DNA of 45,801 nucleotides from Candidatus Heimdallarchaeota archaeon. GTDB lineage: Archaea; Asgardarchaeota; Heimdallarchaeia; Heimdallarchaeales; Heimdallarchaeaceae. Under the pieces are notes generated by a model. It saw only the letters and a program-made list of their open reading frames with translations. It searched no databases and was not told the origin of the DNA. Below, piece by piece: positions 1 to 8,532 of this stretch (position 1 is its first letter; each line of letters opens with the position of its first letter). The translations under genes were made by a program, and so were the position numbers. Where the stretch lies: the NCBI GenBank assembly GCA_030668825.1, contig DAOVET010000011.1, positions 1 through 45,801 of the forward strand, read 5' to 3'.

Positions 1-1143
1 GGAAAATTATCCATTGATGATCCAGTGAAAAAACACATTCCTTTCAAATTAGGGGTGGAGGATAAACCTGTACTAATTCGTCATTTGATGTCACACTCAT
101 CTGGAATTCCAGATTTAGGTTCTGCATCAGTTCTTATCTCACGTCATGCACCAACTGAAGAAACTTGGGTACCTTTTGCAAGCAAAGATGATTTCTATAC
201 ATTCATTAACGGAGCTAAAGAGGAAGTTGCTGATGAACCTGAAAGAAGATATTTCTACTTTAATTCTGGGTTTACTCTACTGGGAGAGATAATAGAATCA
301 ATTAGTGGTTTGAAGTATGAAGAGTATGTAACAGAGTTTATTTTGAAACCACTTAGGATGCACAGATCAACCTTTCTTGAAGAAATATTTGAGAAAGACG
401 AAGATAAAATGACTGCATACCTTGCTGAGGAAGATAAACCTATAGTCAAAACGCATCCTTTTGACCAATTTATTTACGCTGCAGGAGGACTGCTTAGTTC
501 AGTCAACGAATTTACTAATTTTCTTTTCATGCTCCTGAATAAAGGTAAGTTTGAAGACACCCAAATCATTAATTCTAAATCACTTGATGAGATGTTCGCA
601 ATTCATATAAACACACCTTCAGTCTACTGGGGAAGAAGTGGATATGGCTTTGGTTTAGCTATTTCAGAAGACTTTCTCGGATATAAACTCATATCTCATG
701 GTGGTTCTACAGGTTTATCAAGTGCACATTTTGCATTCATTCCTGAACTCAATATCGGGGTTGTATCTGCAGCTAATGTTGGTAATAGTCCAGGTGCTCT
801 GATATCTCAGACGGTATTGAGTTTGCTTCTTGATAAAAATCCAGAAGAAGTTATCCCATTCTTTAATATACAAAGAAAAATGGAACAATTTTCTGGAGAA
901 TATGTAAACTATAAAGGATTAAATAAAATTAAGGTATTCATCGAGAATGGCATCCTTATTGCTGAATTTAAATCAGGTTCAAATATACTCAAATATACAC
1001 TCATACCTGAAGATTTGCGAATTTCAGACAATAAATTTTACTTTTATTCTTTTGGGAATAAAACACCTATTACATTTGAAATCAAAGATGATGGAAAAAT
1101 TAATGTCTATGTAGAACGGAATTGTTTTCATAAAATACAATGA
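1..1143 (+). CDS. Serine hydrolase, beta-lactamase/AmpC-like (class C) family; 5'-truncated by the window edge
   Basis: Frame is open from base 1 (GKLSIDDPV, typical of the family). Has the IRHLMSHSSG, YxN (YFNSGF), AAGGLLSS and HGG motifs. The SxxK motif would lie upstream of the window. Confidence 0.85.
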   Translation, partial: GKLSIDDPVKKHIPFKLGVEDKPVLIRHLMSHSSGIPDLGSASVLISRHAPTEETWVPFASKDDFYTFINGAKEEVADEPERRYFYFNSGFTLLGEIIESISGLKYEEYVTEFILKPLRMHRSTFLEEIFEKDEDKMTAYLAEEDKPIVKTHPFDQFIYAAGGLLSSVNEFTNFLFMLLNKGKFEDTQIINSKSLDEMFAIHINTPSVYWGRSGYGFGLAISEDFLGYKLISHGGSTGLSSAHFAFIPELNIGVVSAANVGNSPGALISQTVLSLLLDKNPEEVIPFFNIQRKMEQFSGEYVNYKGLNKIKVFIENGILIAEFKSGSNILKYTLIPEDLRISDNKFYFYSFGNKTPITFEIKDDGKINVYVERNCFHKIQ

Positions 1144-1149
1144 CTCGAT

Positions 1150-1163
1150 CCTTTTTTTCTTTT
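1150..1163 (+). terminator. Probable archaeal oligo-T terminator
   Basis: Pyrimidine/T-run directly after the stop at 1143. Confidence 0.35.
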
Positions 1164-1209
1164 AAAACACGCACAACAAGAGTTTTAATTTCTCCTTCTT
1201 TATATTAAT

Positions 1210-2103
1210 TTGATGTCTAAAGGAAGTCAGGTTTCAAAAGAAGTTCTAGATAAAATGTCAAAACTCATCATTGGGCGAAAGAAAGAGCTAAAAATGATGG
1301 TTAGAGCTATTGAAAAGGATTTACCAACTATTATTGAAGGTCCAGTTGGAACTGGAAAAACAGAGATGGCTAAAGCTTTAGCAGAGAGTCTTGAGAGACC
1401 GTTCATTAGAGTGGATGGTGATGATAGTTTAACCTCTATTAAACTGAAGGGATGGTATGACCCTCCTCTTGTGTTAGAAAAGGGTTTTTCTAGAGATACA
1501 TTCATTTCAGGACCTTTAACTGAGGCAATGGAAGAAGGAGGATTATTTTTCTATAACGAAGTTAATCGAGCACCTTCTGAAACTATTAATGCAGTATTAA
1601 CAGCTTTGGATGAAAAATTGATAACAATACCTCAGCTAGGAGAAATCAAAGCACAAAAAGGTTTCATACCCGTTTTCACCTATAACCCTCACGATACTGT
1701 AGCTACAAATCCTTTACCAAAAGCATTCTACGATCGTTGCATTTGGATTAGTGTTACTCATCAACCTTTAGAAGAAATGATCGAAATTGTAAAACTTCGA
1801 ACATCTAGCACAGACAACTTTCTAATTCGAATATCATGTGAGATTGTTGAAGCTTCACTTAATCATCCTGAGCTTGAATATGGCTCAACTGTTCGCGGAG
1901 CAATACAATTGGTACATCTCTTTAGAGCAAATGAAAGAATGGATGAGATTGAACTTATTGAGCGAGCTATATCTGTTCATTCTCGGAAGATTAGATGTAA
2001 AACATCCAGTAGAAAAAGCGAAGTAAAGATAATAGAAGAAATCATCTCTAAAGTCTTATCTAAATATGACGATAATAGGATTACACGAAAAAAAGAAGAC
2101 TAG
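1210..2103 (+). CDS. MoxR/CoxD-type AAA+ ATPase
   Basis: Walker A GPVGTGKT, variant Walker B FFYNE followed by NRA, LPKAFYDRC arginine-finger region, STVRGAI sensor II. Lies next to a vWA gene, as is typical of MoxR systems. Confidence 0.85.
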   Translation: MMSKGSQVSKEVLDKMSKLIIGRKKELKMMVRAIEKDLPTIIEGPVGTGKTEMAKALAESLERPFIRVDGDDSLTSIKLKGWYDPPLVLEKGFSRDTFISGPLTEAMEEGGLFFYNEVNRAPSETINAVLTALDEKLITIPQLGEIKAQKGFIPVFTYNPHDTVATNPLPKAFYDRCIWISVTHQPLEEMIEIVKLRTSSTDNFLIRISCEIVEASLNHPELEYGSTVRGAIQLVHLFRANERMDEIELIERAISVHSRKIRCKTSSRKSEVKIIEEIISKVLSKYDDNRITRKKED

Positions 2104-2134
2104 GTGACCTTACATCATCCATTGTAGGGGATGA
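2088..2134 (+). promoter_or_regulatory. Putative programmed -1 ribosomal frameshift signal (A_AAA_AAA slippery heptamer plus downstream hairpin)
   Basis: CGA AAA AAA GAA GAC TAG ends the AAA+ ORF. The -1 frame is open from 2079 into the vWA ORF. Possible stems: CCTTACA/TGTAGGG (2108-2129) and TCATCC/GGATGA (2115-2134). Confidence 0.6.
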
Positions 2135-2168
2135 ACCGTTTCTAACTTTCCCATCAAACGCTGGTCGA

Positions 2169-3125
2169 ATGACTATTAACAAGATTCATCTTGAACTTGG
2201 TAAAAAAGAAGATAATATGGCACGTATTATTGAATTAGCTGAAAGAGCTGCAAAGGAAAGTAATCTGGAGGGTTTAAGACTTATTGCGACCAATTACCCC
2301 ATGATTGCTGCTAAAATACTTAATAAAATTGAATTAACTGATCAAATGTTAGACAATCTTACTGGAGAAGATTTAATTCAACTATATTCTAGAACAAAAA
2401 AGCATCTTAATTATAATATTCGCAAGAAACTTCTAGAGAAACTTATACCATTCATAACAGAAAAAGCTAAAACTATTTTCAGACGGGGGATTTCATCTTC
2501 TGTTTCTAGATATGTAAATTATCAACCAGGTGATTCTTGGGAAATTGAAATGACTTTTGAGAAAATGTTGAGTAGTGGAAAGCAAGTTCCAGACTATGAT
2601 TGTATAGTAGTCAAAGAACCTTCAAAAAGAAAGAAAAGTATTGTTATTTGTATTGACAAAAGTCTTAGTGTTTTACAGTTAATCCATCAGATTGTTTTGA
2701 TGGCTTCAGTTTTGTCACTTTCAGTTAAACGAGACAACTTTGCAATAATAGAATTTGATTCAGAAGCTCAATTGTTAAAGCCTATGTCTAAGAGAATCCC
2801 ACCTGAAGAACTAGTAGAACTAATTTTGAATATTGAAAGTGGAGGAAAAACAGATTTAGATAAAGCCTTACAATTGGCCACAAAACAGCTGAAAGATAGC
2901 TCATCAAGAGAAAAAATCATCTATATCATTAGTGACCTTGAGAGAACTATAGGAAAAAATCCGCTCCCAATTATTCAACGTATTCCAGATTTAAGAATAG
3001 TTTATGCAAGAACATACAGACGAGTTTCTTTTGTTGATGAAATCGTTTCTCTACCAAATGTAAAGATGGTTGAATTGAATCATAATTCCGATCTAGTAGA
3101 ATTAACTACCAAACTAGTTTCATGA
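2169..3125 (+). CDS. von Willebrand factor A (CoxE-like) domain protein; possibly also the C-terminal half of a frameshift fusion
   Basis: Intact MIDAS elements DKSLS, GGKTDL and IISD. Frame stays open upstream to 2079. Confidence 0.85.
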   Translation: MTINKIHLELGKKEDNMARIIELAERAAKESNLEGLRLIATNYPMIAAKILNKIELTDQMLDNLTGEDLIQLYSRTKKHLNYNIRKKLLEKLIPFITEKAKTIFRRGISSSVSRYVNYQPGDSWEIEMTFEKMLSSGKQVPDYDCIVVKEPSKRKKSIVICIDKSLSVLQLIHQIVLMASVLSLSVKRDNFAIIEFDSEAQLLKPMSKRIPPEELVELILNIESGGKTDLDKALQLATKQLKDSSSREKIIYIISDLERTIGKNPLPIIQRIPDLRIVYARTYRRVSFVDEIVSLPNVKMVELNHNSDLVELTTKLVS

Positions 3126-4460
3126 TTTAGTTTTCTTACTCTTTCTAAGTGCGATTATTTGGTCTACAATAATTATAGCTAATCCAATCCCACTCAATAT
3201 TCCTCCTTCTATAACTGCTTGTTTTCTATGTATAACATAATTTATAACAATTCTAGCTTCATAAATGAAAGATTCAGTTGTGTTCCACTCATCTACAAAT
3301 GTAATTAAGAAAACTGTTTCTTCTTCCTCAGTTTCGTTCATGGCTATAAGGATGCCAGAAGCTATTTCGTCTCCAATTAGTCTAGACTCGAAAATACTTT
3401 CACCTTTTGCTTGATTAGTTATGATTGAATAAGAAGCAATCATCTGTTCATAGGTGATATTTTTATCATAGTAGTTATTCGTCAAATTTTCAAAATTATC
3501 AAAAAAGCTTATGAAAGTATCATTGGTGGAAGTTAGGACTGTAACATTATAATCAACAAGACCTGTTTCACTGCTAAAATTAACTAAAGTAGTAGCTTGA
3601 GGTTTATTCGCAAAAGCTATACCCAGAGTTGGATCAAAGAGTGATTGCGTACTCTTGTATTCATATGAAATTTCATAATCAATAGATCTATTCAAACCGA
3701 TTATTGGTCCTAGCATTAAGCCTAAGAATATTAGAAATATTCCAAAGAGTGTGAGTTGTCTCTTTATCAAACTCCACGTTGCTTTTAAATTTGCATATAA
3801 TTTCTTCCGGTCTTCTACTGGTTTCTTTTTCTTTCTTCTGAATGCTGGAAATAGGATCACTAACATCCATACAATAAATAAGAGAACATGAAATGTGAAC
3901 TGAGCGATGTATAAATCCAGAAATTCTCCATAAATTGATTGAAGTTCTTCTTGAGACAGATCTATGAAAAACATCCTTTGCCCTTCAGTCATGGAATAAA
4001 TCGACCAATCTGGAATCAGACCAACAAAGGTCAATGGAAAGAACAACCATGCTTCGTTTCTGAATCTAAGATAAACTGAAAGATCATACAGATTATTATC
4101 TAAAGGCCAGAATAACATAAGTGGTCCCCAGCTTAGGTCTAGGAAGATATGAATTATCCACATCAGTGAAGCTAATTTAACAAATCTTACAATCTTATGA
4201 GTTGCTGATTCTATTGGACTTGCGTCTTTATTGATCTTATCTATTACTAGCATACTGAAAAGAATGAACGTGGGAAGAATCAAGCTGTGCGTGTAAGACC
4301 TGTGATATCCAATAAGTAAATCTATATCGGGGAGAACTGCTACAAGATTAATAAGTATAAACTCCCACCTATGTTCTTTGTAGTATGCCTTATTCTTCTT
4401 TGATAATAATAACCATACAATAATACCTTGTACAGCTAAATGTGTGGGTGTATATGTCAT
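3120..4460 (-). CDS. Membrane-bound metal-dependent hydrolase (YdjM/DUF457-like) with an extra C-terminal extracellular domain
   Basis: N-terminal H, LPDID, HRSYTHS and HIFLD motifs; several hydrophobic helices. Confidence 0.75.
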   Translation of the reverse strand: MTYTPTHLAVQGIIVWLLLSKKNKAYYKEHRWEFILINLVAVLPDIDLLIGYHRSYTHSLILPTFILFSMLVIDKINKDASPIESATHKIVRFVKLASLMWIIHIFLDLSWGPLMLFWPLDNNLYDLSVYLRFRNEAWLFFPLTFVGLIPDWSIYSMTEGQRMFFIDLSQEELQSIYGEFLDLYIAQFTFHVLLFIVWMLVILFPAFRRKKKKPVEDRKKLYANLKATWSLIKRQLTLFGIFLIFLGLMLGPIIGLNRSIDYEISYEYKSTQSLFDPTLGIAFANKPQATTLVNFSSETGLVDYNVTVLTSTNDTFISFFDNFENLTNNYYDKNITYEQMIASYSIITNQAKGESIFESRLIGDEIASGILIAMNETEEEETVFLITFVDEWNTTESFIYEARIVINYVIHRKQAVIEGGILSGIGLAIIIVDQIIALRKSKKTKS

Positions 4461-4627
4461 TTACTTCACTAATTGTTAGTTCTGTTAAGTTATCACTTAC
4501 TTGTTTTTATTATTAGTTTTTATACTAATAAATAATTATATCTATTGAAAGCAAATCTAAGACTAAGACTAAGTAAGACTTATTACTTTGATTATAAAAT
4601 GAAGTTTATAGCGTAGGGTATACACAA

Positions 4628-7600
4628 ATGCACATAGATATGCAATCCAGTCCAAGTGAAAGGTTCAGAGAGTTCTTTCAAGCATATCAAGATGAAAATG
4701 GGAGACATATATATGTTGAACAAGTTCAAAAAATGTCTTTAGAAGGGCTTTTATCCCTTTTTGTAAATTATGATGATTTATTACGATTTGATCCTGTATC
4801 TGCTAAAGCACTACGAGAAAAACCTGAAGATACAATCAAAGCAGCAGATGATGCTCTAGTAGAGGTATTGAAGATTGAGGACCCTATTTATGCTTCTAGT
4901 GAAGAAACCGAAGGTTTATTTCATGTTCGATTTTCAAATCTTCCAGATTTAGTTGATCTACGTCGTTTACGATCAGTTCATTTAGGAAGGTTGTTAGCTG
5001 TTGAAGGTATCATTATTCGTCAAAGTGTAGTTAAACCTCTTTTAATTCAAGGTATTTTTCAATGTACTAGAAAAGGGTGTCAAGAAGTTCATTTTGTCCC
5101 ACAAGATGGAGGATATTATACAGAACCATCAAAATGCAATAATCCACAGTGTACAAATACTAGTTCTTTCAAACTCTTAACTAAAGATAAAAATACAATT
5201 TATACAGATTTTCAATCTGTCACTGTTCAAGAAAAGCCAGAAAGTCTTCCTCCAGGTCAAATTCCTCGTTCTGTCCCAGCAAGATTAGTTGGCGATTTAG
5301 TAGACACTGTCAGAGCAGGAGATAGAGCAATCGTTTCTGGAATTCTCCGTATGAAAGTAAAAGGGAAACAAAAAGGAAAACTGGCAACATTCGACCCCTG
5401 GTTAGACGTAAATTTTGTTTCATCTAGAGAAAAGGAGTTTGAAGAGATTGATATTGATCCTGATACGGAACAAGAAATTTTAGCTCTTTCTACTGACATT
5501 AACATCCATAGAAGAATAGTCAGATCTGTTGCCCCTTCCATTTATGGAATGGAGACAATAAAAGAAGCTTTAATAACTGTTCTGTTTGGAGGAGTATCCA
5601 GAGTTGCTCCTGATGGCATGAAACAGAGAGGAGAATCTAACCTATTAATGATAGGAGATCCTGGGGTCGCCAAGTCACAATTGCTTCAATATGTTCATCG
5701 TCTTGCACCTAGAGGGTTACTTACATCAGGAAAGGCAAGTTCTGCAGCAGGTTTAACCGCAGCTGTTATCAGAGATGCTGAAACTGGAGAGTTTGGTTTA
5801 GAAGCAGGAGCTTTAGTGCTAGCAGATAGAGGAGTATGTTTAACCGGTGATACAGAAATATTAATGTCTTCAGGAGAACTACTTCCAATTCAAGAAATAG
5901 TAGATAATGATTTAGAAGGAGAAGTTATTTCCTTTAATCAACTTACATATGATTTGAATACAAACAAAATTGTTTCAAAATCGAAAAGGGAAAGTGAAAA
6001 AGTTTACAATCTAGAATTTTCTTCTGGAGAAATTCTCAAAGCTTCTGAAGAGCATCCTTTTCCAGTCTGGGATAATGGTTTAATTTGGAAGAAAGCTGTT
6101 GATTTAAAGGAAAATGAAGTCATTATTGATTACAGAAATTACCCTTTTTCAAAAAAACAGAACAATGAAGGGATAGATAAAGAAATTACAGAAGATTTGG
6201 CTGAGTTATTAGGGTTAATTGTATCTGATGGAAATCTATCAAAAGAAAAATATCGAATTACTTTCTATTCAAAATCTATTGAATTACTGCAAAGATTCCG
6301 TGATCTGGTACATAGTATTTTCAACATAGATGCTAAAGAATATACTGACAAAAGAAGCAACATTAAAAGATTGTATTTTAATGATAAGGAAATACATCAG
6401 TATCTTAAAAGTCTTGGAATTCCTAATGAAAACAAATCAAAAAGTAGGTGTGTACTAAAAGAAATTCAAAATTCGTCTTCGGATATTATTCAATCTTTTA
6501 TAGCAGGAGTAATCAATGGAGATGGATCTATTTCCAACAGAAAATCTGGTGGTATAGTTGACATAGTTATTGGAAATAAAGAAACAGCTGAATTTTACAA
6601 AAAACTATTCAGAAAAATAGGGATTATAGCAAAAATAAATAAAACTATTCAATTGGGAGGGGGAGTTGTTAAGAAAGGCGTATATCTCACCTATAAAATT
6701 TCTATTACAGGAGTATCAAATATCCGAAAATTGGACTCATCTAGATTAATCTCATACAAAAAAGATACTTACTTCAAGATTATAAATCGACAAGATAAAT
6801 TTGATAAAATCTACAAAATTGATAAATTAATCAAGTCTCTTTCAAATCAAATACCACATGGACATAAACACATTTTATACAACAATAGCATTAGAAAAAG
6901 TCAACTCAGCAAGGTAGGTATTAGTAGGAGAAACTTAGTAAATGCATTGGAACAGTTAAGCCAAATTGAGGGTATTCAAGAAAGTTCTGAATACAAAAAT
7001 CTTCAAAGAATAATTTCGAAGAATTTGAGTTTTATTATTCTTAGAAAGAAGAAGAAAATACAATCTCAAACAGTCTATAACATTCAAATAGCAAATGATG
7101 AAACATATTTTGCGAACTTTATACTTGTTCATAATTGTATGATAGATGAGTTCGATAAAATGAATCCAACAGATAGATCCTCAATTCATGAAGCGATGGA
7201 ACAACAATCTTATCACCCAAGTTTTGAAATATCATTCTTAGATGGACACAAAGAGGAAATTGGAAGATTTGTTGATGATCTCTTTAAAAAATATGAAAAA
7301 TTAAAAATCCTAGGTAAAGATTGTGAAATACTTTCAGTTGAAAAGTATGATTATAACATTTTAACAACCGATTTCAAGAATGTATTTCAAACAAATGTCA
7401 ATAGAATCAGCAGACATATAGCTCCAGAAGAGTTTATTAGGATAAATTACTCAAATGATGTAGAATTACTAGTAACTCCTGAACATCCAATTTATGTTTT
7501 AAATAATGATGAAGTTATTACTGTTGATGCGGAAAATGTTAAGAAAGGTATGTTAGTTCCTAGTGTATCAAACAAAAAGATAGAGTTAGATAAGGTAAAG

Positions 7601-8515
7601 ATAATTAAAACTGAAAAACGATATAATGAAGGAGAATATGCAACTAAGTGGGTTTATGATGTCACAATTGAGCCAACTGAGAATTTCATAAGTCACGGAC
7701 TTGTTCTTCATAATACCGTCAGTATAGCAAAAGCTGGTATTGTCGCTCAACTCAATGCAAGAACAGCGATTATTGCAGCTGCTAATCCTCGTTTTGGAAG
7801 GTATGAAGATTCTCGCCCTCCTGTTGAGAATATTAATCTTCCCCCAACTATTTTATCGCGTTTTGATTTAATCTATGTTATTCGTGATGTACCAGATGCT
7901 GAGACAGATAAAAGAATGGCTAGACATATCTTGGAATTACGAAGAGGTCATGTTATTGAAGATACTGAACCGACGATTACTATGGATCTGTTAAGAAAGT
8001 ATATCAGTTATGCAAAACAACACATTCAACCCTCTCTTACTGATGATGCCATGGAGCGAATTGAACAATTTTACTTAAACCTTAGAAAAGAATCTGATGA
8101 TTCATCTGCAATTGCAATCACCCCAAGGTACCTAGAAGCTATTATTCGTTTATCGGAATCACAAGCAAGGATGGCTCTTAAAGAAGATGTAACTATAGAT
8201 CATGTTGAAGCAGCCATAAATCTCCTAAGAGTTTCATTAGAGCAAGCTGGTAAAGATCCAGTTACTGGTCGAGTTGATATAGATTATCTTTTGTCTGGTA
8301 CAACTAAGACTTCACGTTCTAAAATGCAAATAATCATTGATATTATGAAAGAAGAATCGAGAGTGGGAAGCTCAGATGTTGTGTCGATAAGAAGAATAAA
8401 AGAACTAGCTAAAGAGCAGAATATTGATGATGAATTTGTAGACAGAGTAATAAATCAACTTCGCAGTAATGGAGAGATTTATTCTCCAAGTGATGGTTTT
8501 GTGAAATTAGCTTGA
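4628..8515 (+). CDS. mcm: MCM replicative helicase precursor with two inteins (about 693 aa after splicing)
   Basis: C4 zinc finger, Walker A GDPGVAKSQ, SSAAGLTAAV, Walker B IDEFDKM, ILSRFD arginine finger, ITPRYLE, C-terminal winged helix. Confidence 0.97.
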   Translation: MHIDMQSSPSERFREFFQAYQDENGRHIYVEQVQKMSLEGLLSLFVNYDDLLRFDPVSAKALREKPEDTIKAADDALVEVLKIEDPIYASSEETEGLFHVRFSNLPDLVDLRRLRSVHLGRLLAVEGIIIRQSVVKPLLIQGIFQCTRKGCQEVHFVPQDGGYYTEPSKCNNPQCTNTSSFKLLTKDKNTIYTDFQSVTVQEKPESLPPGQIPRSVPARLVGDLVDTVRAGDRAIVSGILRMKVKGKQKGKLATFDPWLDVNFVSSREKEFEEIDIDPDTEQEILALSTDINIHRRIVRSVAPSIYGMETIKEALITVLFGGVSRVAPDGMKQRGESNLLMIGDPGVAKSQLLQYVHRLAPRGLLTSGKASSAAGLTAAVIRDAETGEFGLEAGALVLADRGVCLTGDTEILMSSGELLPIQEIVDNDLEGEVISFNQLTYDLNTNKIVSKSKRESEKVYNLEFSSGEILKASEEHPFPVWDNGLIWKKAVDLKENEVIIDYRNYPFSKKQNNEGIDKEITEDLAELLGLIVSDGNLSKEKYRITFYSKSIELLQRFRDLVHSIFNIDAKEYTDKRSNIKRLYFNDKEIHQYLKSLGIPNENKSKSRCVLKEIQNSSSDIIQSFIAGVINGDGSISNRKSGGIVDIVIGNKETAEFYKKLFRKIGIIAKINKTIQLGGGVVKKGVYLTYKISITGVSNIRKLDSSRLISYKKDTYFKIINRQDKFDKIYKIDKLIKSLSNQIPHGHKHILYNNSIRKSQLSKVGISRRNLVNALEQLSQIEGIQESSEYKNLQRIISKNLSFIILRKKKKIQSQTVYNIQIANDETYFANFILVHNCMIDEFDKMNPTDRSSIHEAMEQQSYHPSFEISFLDGHKEEIGRFVDDLFKKYEKLKILGKDCEILSVEKYDYNILTTDFKNVFQTNVNRISRHIAPEEFIRINYSNDVELLVTPEHPIYVLNNDEVITVDAENVKKGMLVPSVSNKKIELDKVKIIKTEKRYNEGEYATKWVYDVTIEPTENFISHGLVLHNTVSIAKAGIVAQLNARTAIIAAANPRFGRYEDSRPPVENINLPPTILSRFDLIYVIRDVPDAETDKRMARHILELRRGHVIEDTEPTITMDLLRKYISYAKQHIQPSLTDDAMERIEQFYLNLRKESDDSSAIAITPRYLEAIIRLSESQARMALKEDVTIDHVEAAINLLRVSLEQAGKDPVTGRVDIDYLLSGTTKTSRSKMQIIIDIMKEESRVGSSDVVSIRRIKELAKEQNIDDEFVDRVINQLRSNGEIYSPSDGFVKLA
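5837..7135 (+). mobile_element. Intein 1 in MCM with LAGLIDADG homing endonuclease (433 aa)
   Basis: Junctions ADRGV|CLTGDT and ILVHN|CMIDEFD; block B ASEEHPF; LAGLIDADG motifs LLGLIVSDG and IAGVINGDG. Confidence 0.95.
7208..7714 (+). mobile_element. Intein 2 in MCM, Ser1 mini-intein without endonuclease (169 aa)
   Basis: Junctions AMEQQ|SYHPSF and LVLHN|TVSIAKAG; block B VTPEHPIY; block F WVYDVTIE..NF. Confidence 0.93.
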
Positions 8516-8532
8516 TAGTACGTGGTTGAATA

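Noticed and set aside
2101-2127. Amber (pyrrolysine-type) read-through linking AAA+ to vWA
   Set aside because: A second in-frame TAG follows at 2125 and the vWA gene is in a different frame.
2108-2134. H-type pseudoknot after the slippery site
   Set aside because: The two stems would need zero-length connecting loops, so they are better read as alternative hairpins.
3120-3125. Overlapping convergent stops forming the palindrome TCATGA
   Set aside because: An ordinary result of compact gene packing.
4461-4627. Replication origin upstream of mcm
   Set aside because: AT-rich, but no ORB-like G-string repeats and no cdc6/orc1 nearby.
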